From assembly GCA_951406725.2 (NCBI GenBank), contig OX597820.1, forward strand, positions 41,912,001 through 41,976,000: DNA of 64,000 bases, given 5' to 3'. Of this stretch, positions 53,813 to 64,000 are shown one piece after another. This DNA is from Octopus vulgaris (taxonomy: Eukaryota). The translations under genes were made by a program, and so were the position numbers. The notes beneath the pieces were generated by a model. It made no database searches. It was not told the DNA's origin and saw nothing but the letters and a program-made list of their open reading frames with translations. Each line of letters opens with the position of its first letter. Position 1 is the first letter of the stretch.

Positions 53813-54432
53813 AGTTGATAGCCAGTGAGAAGGAAGCGATGGGCAAACAACTGTAATGTAACTAAACCTATTTTTAATCTACCGATTTATTTATAAAATT
53901 GAGGTGCTGAGAGACATTTGGTTACCCAAGTAATGCCATAATTCTAATTTTATATGGCACATAGTACAAAAATTCACAGAAAACTGTAATTGAATAATAT
54001 ATATACAATAATATATATTACAATTTATCCATTCTATGAATCTGCACAAGAATAGTAAAGATTTAACAATACTATGGGTTTGAGAAGGCTGTGCACAACC
54101 AGTTGGTTTCGGATTCGCTGCTACTGCGCGCTCAGTCAGTGCCTGTATCTCTCGAAGTTGTCATTTCTTTATTTAAGGTGATGGTGTGAGATCTGAGAGA
54201 GAAATTTGTTAGATATAACCAGTAGCTTGGTTGACTAATACATTGTGATGAACAGTCGCATTTGTGTGTGTGAGTGAGTGTTTGTGTTTGTGTTTGTGTG
54301 TGTGTGCGTGTGTCGGTGTGTGTGTGTGTGTTTAGGTGTAAGCTCGACAAAAAGTAAATGCAGACAACAGAAATTAAAAATGCAGTAAATGTACAAGTTA
54401 CATTCACAGTTAATGTTGATAGACTAAAGTAA

Positions 54433-54641
54433 GGCGGCGAACTGCAAAATCGTGATGAACCGGTCAAGATTATTAGCGGTATTTCGCCAGTCTTTATATC
54501 CTAGTTTTAAATACCACCGAGGCCGGTGGCGCCTTTCATTTTTCCAGGGTCCATGAAATCCGTATCAATTGAATGCTGGTGTCAATTTTATCGACTTACC
54601 CCTAACCCAAAATTGCTGGCCTTGTACCAAAATTTGAAACC
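54433..54641 (+). mobile_element. Nin/Deu-domain SINE
   Basis: GGCGGCGAACTGCAAAATCG head, TTAGCGGTATTTCG, GCCTTTCAT, AAATTGCTGGCCTTGTACCAAAATTTGAAACC tail. Confidence 0.85.
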
Positions 54642-57371
54642 TAATGGAAAGGGCAAAACTTATAACGTTTCGGACATAGTCCTTTACATCGCAGAAGAAG
54701 ATCCGTAAGAAGCAGTGAAAGGAAGGAACATAAGAAATAAAAAAGAAGCACGTAAAACGTATATAGATTAGGTTCACATGTTTGAGCTTGAGTGTGTGTA
54801 CATATATACATATGTACATACATACCTATGTATATATATTTGTGCATATCTGTGTGTGTATATGTCTATATGTATAGGTATGTATATGCATGTATACATA
54901 TATATATATGTATATATGTGTATGTATTTGTGTGGATTGTATTCGTATATGTGTATGCATATATATATATGTATATATGTCTGTGTTTGTGTATATTTTT
55001 GTTTACTCCGAACGATGAAAGCAGCGCTGTTTATGTTGTACCCGTTCATGGTCTTGTAACTTGACATTTCAACACACAAAATTTGATAAACCAGATAGCA
55101 GACTAAAAAGCTGAAATGTGTACAAGGCCAATATAATCGATTAAAACTTTCAAATCAGTCATCCAGTACGCCAGCATAACAATAACTGAGACCAATGAAA
55201 AATAAAGGAAAATTTCATGAAGGTGTAAAGATGAACCATATTTATATAGTTCTCACTTAAATAGTCCATAATACTAATAATGTGCTATTATTAATTTGAT
55301 TTTGTTCAAATCATAATAGTTTCCGACCATTTGGGCTCCACAGATTGCCTACATATCGTCTTGCCGTTAAGAATTTGAAAGTATTTGTTTATGAAATTCC
55401 GTTGCTAAGTAATTTATTTCAAATTAGCTAAGCTCCTTCAACCTCACATTCAACCAGATTTCATTACATTTGAGCTATCTTCTTAATTGTCTTTTAAGAT
55501 AATTAATAACATTATTCTTGCTCAGAAATGTCGTAATTCTAGCTATATTTTACTTCACCTCCTCTTCGTCACTATCACCATAAGGACAACCACCATCAAC
55601 AACGCAAATATAAAAGCACCATTATGAATAACAACATCATGTAAACCACCACAAAACCTTTCCACTACCATCACTGCAGCCGCCTCCGCCATCCACGTCA
55701 CCACCACCACCACCACTACCACCACCACCTCCATTACCGGTGTCATTTTCTTAAGCTCCATAACATTTTGAGCAAGCACTTCTACGCATGATTTCTTTGC
55801 TAGTTTTGTATGTGATTCTCTCAATCTCTGCCTGTACCTCTGTCTCTCTTTCTCTCGTTGTGTGTGTATATGAGTGTGTGTGTGTGTGTATGTGTGTGTA
55901 TACGTATGCATATGTGTATTTATACATATTCAAGTCTGTGTATTTTTGTTTTCTTTTTGTTTTACGTGCAAATTTATGACTTTCTTAGGGTAAATTAGCT
56001 AATAAAAGACAATTCAAGTATTCGTATTGGCAAAGTGAATTAATAAAGTCAGATATTTCACATCAGGGACACGCATATTAATACTAATACAAATAAAGAT
56101 TTTAATGCAGAAAATGATAATGCAGGTAGTGGAGATGATGAAGTGCAACAGAATTTGAGCAGTATTTCAAGGTAAATGAATTCGTTAATATATATTGATG
56201 CTTTTGCACTGGCGTAAATGTATTAGTTTTAATGCAATAACGCAGCGTTCTTACTTTAGTTGTATTGTAATAACTGCGAATGGTTTCCTGTAAGTTAGTG
56301 CGATTTCTGAAATTGTTAAAATCACCACACTACTCCGCATACAGTCAGCCATTTTTGACGTTTCCATGGTTATATTTCAAATAGCTATATACATGAAACC
56401 ATATTCGATGTATTAAACATAATCAAGTGAAGGAATTTTATTGGTGATATATTTATCTTTGTTATTATAACATGTGTGTATTTGTAAGTTTATAATGAAA
56501 TAGAAGACAATTTTTAGATAGCTAGTGAATAACCGGTATTTGCTTTAGCTTGCTGCAAAATGTTCAAATTCGTGTTTCATTAATATATCACAGTATTAGA
56601 TAAACAGAATATGCAAGTGTCGTCGTCAGATTCAGTCTGACTTACACAATGAAAAGTTCTTCTCTCGGCAACGTGTATGTAAACGAAATTTATAATTGCC
56701 TGAATTTCATTAAGTACTTATCAGGTACAAGCTCAGTCGATATTTATGAGATTTGAATTTGAGACATTGAAATATGACATGTAATATTGTAAATATTTAC
56801 ACTGGTACACTTGCACTGTGAGCATCATCGAAATACTTTACTCTCAATAGGAGAGACCATTTAACTGTACCAACATTACCTTTGGAAGTCAGAACAAACC
56901 TATTCGCCTTGTGCAACTACAGTGGAATTGTCGATAATTTCCTATGCATACACAGTTGTTACAGTTTTTTCCTAGAAACAGCAAATGCTAATATTTCCTT
57001 CTACACAGCATGAAAATAGCTATCAAATTGGTATAAATTTCAGTAGAATGCAACAGCTAAGTGAGAAATAAAGAGTGTTACAGCTTTCAACCCATAGTAA
57101 CGGATATTCATGAACACATGAGCTAACCCGAGAATGGACGCTGGACCGAAACTTTCCGTTCGTTTTCAGCCTCCGTTTTGTTATTAGTTATTACTAATTA
57201 CATTATTATAAATTGTCAACTATATCATTATGTAATTCAGGTCGTAAAAGTGTTGCATAACCACGGTGATTGAGCACATTTCTAACTGATGGAAATTAAT
57301 GATTCATATATGAATAAATGAATGAATAATGTGACAATTACGGACATTTATTAAGTCATAAGCAATGGGTA

Positions 57372-57510
57372 TCCGTCAGTTCTGACGATGAATATTCTGT
57401 TGTTCGGTCACATTGAATTAGCGTGTCAGTGTCTGAAAATCCTATTGGGGCGTTTACCCGTAACATAATTCTCATGTACAATCAGCCATGTGTAGTGGAA
57501 TATGCGTAAA
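57372..57510 (-). mobile_element. Old fragment of the 61635-62015 SINE family
   Basis: CCGTCAGTTCTGACGATGA...GAATTAGCGTG...TACCCGTAACATAATTCTC resembles the reverse complement of the intact copy's 3' half. Confidence 0.55.
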
Positions 57511-57544
57511 CCTTTAAATTTGTGGTACAAATATTATGATTGGT

Positions 57545-57674
57545 TTTCGCAGATTCCATATACTCCAATTCACTCAAAGGCTTGGTCAAAACCGAGGCTA
57601 TAGCAAATCACAGGTAACCTAAATGTCACAGATTGATATTGAAACCAGGACTATATGATTGCTTCATGCACAGC
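57545..57674 (-). mobile_element. Degenerate CORE-type SINE head fragment
   Basis: TTCACTCAAAGGCTTGGTCAAAACCGAGGCTATAGC...ATTGAAACCAGGACTATATGATTG matches 10290-10380. Confidence 0.6.
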
Positions 57675-57696
57675 AAGGTTAGAATAAATATATTTA

Positions 57697-58397
57697 TTTC
57701 TTTATTGCCCACAGGCGGCTAAACATAGAAGGGACAAACAAGGGCAGGCAAAGGATTAAATCGATTACATCGACCCCAGTGCGTAATTGATACTTATTTA
57801 ATCGACCCCGAAAGGATGAAAGGTAAAGTCGACCTCGGTGGAATTTGAACTCAGAACGTAACGGCAGACGAAATACCTATTTCTTTATTACGCACAAGGG
57901 GCTAAACATAGAGGGGACAAACAAGGTCAGACATAGGTACGCATAGCTACGCATTTCCCCCAGCGTGCTAACGTTTCTGCCAGCTCGCCGCCCTTAGAAT
58001 GAATATATTTATTTCTTTATTGCCCACAGGGGGCTAAACATAGAGAGAACAAACAATGACAGAGAAAGGGATTAAGTCGATTACCAGTGCGTATCTGGTA
58101 CTTATTTAATCGACCCCGAAAGCATGAAAGGTAAAGTCGACCTCGGCGGAATTTGAACTCAGAACGTAACGGCTGATGAAATACCTATTTCTATTTCTTT
58201 ACTACTCACAAGGGGCTAACCACATGAGGGACAAACAAGGGCAGGCAAAGGGATTAAATCGATTACATCGACCCCAGTGCGTAATTGATACTTATTTAAT
58301 CAACCCCGAAAGGATGAAAGGTAAAGAACGTAGCGGCAGACGAAATACTGCTGAGCATTTCGTCCGGCCTGCTGACGTTTCTGCCAGCTCGCCACCC
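57697..58397 (-). mobile_element. Two stacked dimeric Nin/Deu SINEs (57697-57993 and 58012-58397) with L1-like tail, separated and flanked by a triplicated 18-bp site
   Basis: Each unit starts GGG(C/T)GGCGAGCTGGCAGAAACG on the minus strand and carries two TTGTTTGT...TAGCC...TGTG...TAAAGAAA tails. TTAGAAT(A/G)AATATATTTA occurs at 57679-57696, 57994-58011 and 58398-58415. Confidence 0.92.
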
Positions 58398-58485
58398 TTA
58401 GAATGAATATATTTACTACGTAGTTACTAGATAAGTAAGATAGGAATGATTATTCTTTTTTGCTGTTTTACATATCAATAGATAA

Positions 58486-58569
<84 letters not shown>

Positions 58570-58575
58570 GTCAAG

Positions 58576-58650
<75 letters not shown>

Positions 58651-58655
58651 CCTAT
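58486..58655. repeat. (TATC)n microsatellite
   Basis: Directly visible. Confidence 0.95.
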
Positions 58656-59955
58656 CTGTTAACTATTGTCCCAAATTTATGGGTGTTGTGTGTATATGTG
58701 CATACACAGATAAATATTCGCACTCAAATACACACGCAAGGGTATATCTTGGTAAATTACATTTCATATTGCGCTCCAATAAACTTCGTTCTCAAAATTT
58801 CTCTGAGCTTTTTTTCTTTTTTGGTATTATTTGAATTCTTATAAGAAGAAACAACGTTCCTCTGCTGGAATTGTAGATAACGTTTATGACGAGGTGTGTT
58901 TGATATTGGACTTGCATATTTCTAATTTTCCATCATTATATTTTGTATGTATGTATGTATGTACTTATGTATGCATGCATGCATGGACGGATGTTTTATC
59001 AATGTGCTAAATATTCTCTTCTACTTTCTTGAAATTCTATTTTCCCCTCTTCCTTTTTCACTCGCAATACAATATACGAGCATGTGTTTGGAAAGACTGC
59101 AAAAAACTTTATTTACATGGCTGTCTCTAAACTACTTGACAGAATCCATCCTTCAATATTCATCATCAATCACCTTTCCTTACTTTACGTGACTACTCCT
59201 CACAGCCAATGCACCTTTCAGTCTTGATATGCACACACTTCTGTTTTCTTTTTCTCTTAATACACGCCTTTCACTTCCTTTTCGCTATAAGATTTCAAAT
59301 AACTTTCACAAACAGACGCATATTTTCTTTCTTGTACACACACAACTATACACACAGTCCCATCAAGTCCTTCGTTTAAACCCTCCAAAATACGTGAAGC
59401 ACGCACATCCTGTAGCTATAGGTAAACGAGTCAGGCAGGTTTAACCAGCTGTAACGAAGCATGCAATCGGCCTACGACGATGGATTGCATGTGGGAGAGA
59501 GATAAGTGGTCAGACTGCTGCATTTGTAAGCATGTGTGTATGTTTGATTATTGGTTGTGGTTGTGGTGGTAGTAATCGTCATGGTGATACTGGTGGTGGT
59601 GGTGGTGGTAAGACTGGAGAATATTTGAGCATGTGTATTTCTGTGTTTTGTTTACACTGCTGTGTAGCCTAAGTTGTGTGTCTTTTTCATTGCGTTTGTT
59701 GCGATGTTATGGATATCGGTTGTTTCATGTGTGAATTTCCAAGTTAAACGATTCTAGAGATGCTTGTCCAGTGTGTACGTGTGTATGTGTGTGTTTGTAT
59801 GCAAGTAATAGATTTGTAAGCAGGCCTAGAAATGATAGCTGAGGAGATGTATATTGGCCTATCGTGCGAATAATTTTACATGCACATTTCATTTTTAAGT
59901 ATGTTTGTTGTTGAATAATTGAGATGTTGTTTCACATGTATTTATTCGTATAATT

Positions 59956-60002
<47 letters not shown>

Positions 60003-60120
60003 TGTGAGTGCGCGCGCGTGCGTGTCCGTATTTGAATTAAAAAATAGATAGTTATATACTTAATGAAGAAATGTGTCAGTGTGCATTGGCTTATGTATGT
60101 GAGAACATTAGTGTTATGAT

Positions 60121-60295
60121 TGCTGTGTAGCAGCAAGTCGGTTCATTCAAGTACACCTATGATCAAAGGTGTCCTAGCAGTGACCATCAAGTTCGATTTT
60201 CTCAAAAATATAGTGTATCTAAGACAATGTAATCTCATGTATCCATCAACATTTTGGTAAATTGAACGCAATTTGACTACCATTTCTAGCTGCTC
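60121..60295 (+). repeat. Old dispersed repeat, related to 39225-39400 and 43235-43405
   Basis: ACCTATGATCAAAGG...TGACCATC...TATAGTGTATCTAAGAC...ATTTGACTACCATTTCTAGC. Confidence 0.5.
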
Positions 60296-61223
60296 GAGCT
60301 CATAGAGATAGTAGTCAAATCACGTAAGCCACGTTAATAGGATATGTGTTAATATGTTCCATGAGAGCTATTGGTTGGTTATAACGTGTACAATCTATAG
60401 TATTTCTTGTACTCTTTAAAATCACCGTTAATTTTAGGTGGCAAGTCGATCATGCTTTCTGCGAGATTCAATAACCACAGCCCACACACATATATAAATA
60501 TATTGTTCCTTGTTAGGAAGAAACCGACATTGCATGAACATCAAAATAATTTAGATTAATATCGAAGTCGCACATAGAAAATGATGAGGACAAAACACAT
60601 TTTTAAGTTTAGTTCTTGATTTCAAAAGTATTAACAATAATCAGCAACTGGTTGTTACTTGCAGATAATCCAATTGTTCATAAACTTTACTGAGGAAATA
60701 TACCATTGGAAAACCAGTATAGATTCGGTGGAAAGAATAGTGTACATAATTTAAACAAAATATAATACTCACACTATAGTGACCAATGTGCAATTTCTGA
60801 AACAAGTTACAATGATAAACAAAACAGTTTTTCTCTTGAGAAAGAATATTACTTGCATAAATTTGGTCAGTTGAAAATCAAAGAACAGAACAGAATGTAA
60901 ATCGTTCATCTTTCTGTAAACCACGAATTCAATTAATTCCAAGGTTCGGATTTCTCGAAATGAAAACAATTCATAAATATTTTACAATAGAATCTAAATA
61001 TAGACTCTACGTATACCCAAGGAGAAATTATATTGAAACGATTATTTGTATAATGTAGCAAAAATAAGAACAATATGAAGTTAAAAGAACTGAAATGGTT
61101 CTTATTTAACGATATGCCTTATTGGTAAATGCAATATCATACGGGATACTATATGTGTTTTAGTTACTACCAGATACTTAAGTAAGTTATTTGAAATTCA
61201 TTGCATTATTATAATGATAAGTA

Positions 61224-61517
61224 GGCGGCAAGCTGGCAAAATCATTAGCACGGACAAAATGCATAGCGGCATTTCGTCCCTCTGCACTTTTTCAGTTCAA
61301 ATTCCGCCGAGTTCGACTTTGCCGTTCATCCTTCGGGTTCGATAAAAATAGTAGCAGCTGAGCACTGGTCGATGTTATCGATTTACCTCCACCCCGAAAC
61401 TGTTGGCCTTGTTCCAAAATTTAAAATCCTTACTTGAGCACTGGGGTCGATGTAATCGAATTTTTTCCCTCCATCGAACTTGCTAGCCTTGTGCCAAAAT
61501 TTTGAAACCATTATTAT
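61224..61517 (+). mobile_element. Nin/Deu-domain SINE with duplicated 3' module
   Basis: GGCGGCAAGCTGGCAAAATCATTAGCAC head and GTTCAAATTCCGCCGAG B-box. The block GAGCACTGG...GTCGATG...GCCTTGT...CCAAAATTT occurs twice (about 61360-61430 and 61436-61509). Confidence 0.9.
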
Positions 61518-61634
61518 AAGATATTTAGAGAATTTAGCACACTGATGAGATCCTAATATTGAATGGATCCCCATTGTCTTTACGTTATTATTTGCAAAAT
61601 TTACCTCTCTTACACTGTATAGGGTACGTGTGGA

Positions 61635-62015
61635 GGCGCAATGGCCCTGTGGTTAGGGCAGCGGACTCGCGGTCGTAGAATCGCGGTTTCGATTCCCAGA
61701 CCGGGCGTTGTGAGTGTTTATTGAGCGAAAACACCTAAAGCTCCACGAGGCTCCGGCAGGGATGGTGGTGATCCCTGCTGTAATCTTTCACCACAACTTT
61801 CTCTCACTCTTACTTCCTGTTTCTGTTGTACCTGTATTTCAAAGGGCCGGCTTTGTCATTCTCTGTGTCACGCTGAATATCCCCGAGAACTACGTTAAGG
61901 GTGCACGTGTCTGTGGAGTGCTCAGCCACATACATGTTAATTTCACGAGCAGGCTGTTCCGTTGATCGGATCAACCGGAACCCTCGTCGTCGTAACCGAC
62001 GGAGTGCTTCCATCC
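61635..62015 (+). mobile_element. Full-length tRNA-derived SINE (third family) with 16-bp TSD
   Basis: A-box TGGCCCTGTGG, B-box GTTTCGATTCC, 3' stem-loop GTTCCGTTGATCGGATCAACCGGAAC, short (CCAT)n tail. Exact direct repeat ATAGGGTACGTGTGGA at 61619-61634 and 62016-62031. Confidence 0.93.
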
Positions 62016-62669
62016 ATAGGGTACGTGTGGAATATGTAGAAAGTAGAATAAGAAGATGAATACAATTGTGTTTACCATCTGGCTCAGTAGAACTTACTGT
62101 CTATAGCTCTACGGTCGCCAAACTAAGCATTAACAATGCACTAAGATTAAACTTTTCGATTACACTATATAAATACTATGCTAAAGAGAGAAAACCAAAT
62201 CTACTTATATAAGGGAAGGCACACAGACATATATAAAAACGTATATATTTATTTCATGTGTTTATGTGTTTGTGTGTGGTGGTGTTTGCCTATGGTTTCC
62301 TATCGTCAATGCTTGAATAATATCACAAAATGCGTCTGTGACATATTTCACATAGGGAGGCATCGTGCTTTGATGATCGCAACAATGCATATATTTGTAG
62401 TTGCTTTAGCGTGTGTATGTGCGAGTAGATGTGTGCATAGATGCCTTTGTAATTTTGTATGATGCTTTCAAGGCACAACAAAATTGCTCTTGCATAATAC
62501 AAGCTATCTTTTTGGTGACATGACGTGGCGTCTCGTGAGCATTAAAAATATACCGGAAAATCAGAGAAAAGAACTTGGTAGGAGATGAAACATTGAGAAT
62601 CAAGAGACAGTAAGGATAGAAAATGAGCTTGCAGGGAGAAAATAATAAATACTGATTATGTGTTTTCAC

Positions 62670-62761
<92 letters not shown>

Positions 62762-62762
62762 A
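62670..62762. repeat. (CTAT)n microsatellite
   Basis: Directly visible. Confidence 0.95.
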
Positions 62763-62891
62763 TATCTATTTATATACCCATGCATGTGTTTGTGTATGTG
62801 TGTGTGCGTGCGTACATATGTAGTTCAAATTTATAGAAACACTAAGACGAAAATAGGTGTAGGAACCACTAGCAACGAGAAGAATGGAAAA

Positions 62892-62926
62892 GTCTTTTAC
62901 GTTTCGAGACTACGCTCTTCGACAGA
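62892..62926 (-). ncRNA. Hammerhead-like motif of a second family (CUGUCGA variant core), within a truncated repeat at about 62821-62926
   Basis: Minus strand reads T-CTGTCGA-A-GAG-CGTAGT-CTC-GAAACGTA-AAAGAC. The 5' strand of stem I is lost at the junction with the adjacent SINE. Confidence 0.5.
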
Positions 62927-63128
62927 GCAGGCAGAATCGTTAGCACGCCGGATGAAATACTTAGCGCTTTTCGTCTGCCGGATCGTTCTGAACTCAAATT
63001 CCGCCGAGGTCGCCTTTGCCTTTCATCCTTTTGGAGTCGATAGATCAAGTACCAGTTGAACACTGGAGTGGATGTAATCGACTAGTCCCTCCCCCAAAAT
63101 GGCTGCCTTTGTGGCAAATTTTGAAGCC
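62925..63128 (+). mobile_element. Nin/Deu-domain SINE followed by (TTA)n tail
   Basis: GGCAGAATCGTTAGCACGCCGG, CTCAAATTCCGCCGAGGTCG, GCCTTTCATCCTTTTGGAGTCGATAG...AGTACCAG, then (TTA)n to about 63210. Confidence 0.9.
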
Positions 63129-63194
<66 letters not shown>

Positions 63195-63315
63195 ATTATT
63201 ATTATTATTGTTTTAATTTAGTCACCCATTCCAGAGAACATCCTATACAGTAACTATGCAATGGGTCTCATAGTTTCCCATTTTTTTCACTTTTACGAAT
63301 CATAGATTAAGTTAT

Positions 63316-64000
<685 letters not shown>

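Noticed and set aside
57126-57160. Possible fourth hammerhead remnant (CCGAGAATGGACGCTGGACCGAAAC)
   Set aside because: The core differs from CUGANGA at several positions, stem II is weak, and no GUH follows GAAAC.
57679-58415. Regularly spaced direct repeats suggestive of a CRISPR-like array
   Set aside because: The spacers are 300-390 bp SINE copies, the context is eukaryotic, and there are no cas genes.
61635-61710. tRNA gene
   Set aside because: A and B boxes are present but continue into a SINE body and tail with a TSD, so this is a tRNA-derived SINE head.

Overview
AT-rich, microsatellite-saturated eukaryotic non-coding DNA (intron or intergenic), most likely from an octopus, inferred from the microsatellite load and the SINE families. 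No complete protein-coding gene is supported, and nearly all listed ORFs are translations of simple repeats. Supported content: three tRNA-derived SINE families (Nin/Deu-type with two alternative 3' tails, CORE-type, and a third family with a 16-bp TSD), a 5'-truncated L1/Tx1-type LINE with zf-RVT remnant and TSD, an RTE-like LINE remnant, DD37D (maT) and DD34D mariner remnants, a Tc1/mariner-type MITE, and three minimal hammerhead-ribozyme-like motifs in short TA-flanked repeats of two families. The most interesting observations are (1) the hammerhead-bearing, Penelope-like short repeats and (2) an apparent LINE-SINE partnership: the L1/Tx1 3' tail resembles the tail of one Nin-SINE variant, the LINE sits exactly at a SINE head, and that SINE variant forms dimers stacked at a single target site. 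A 37-nt candidate micro-exon, several motif clusters, two hairpins and a 250-bp palindrome are lower-confidence leads. All comparisons were made by eye, and boundaries of degenerate repeats are approximate.
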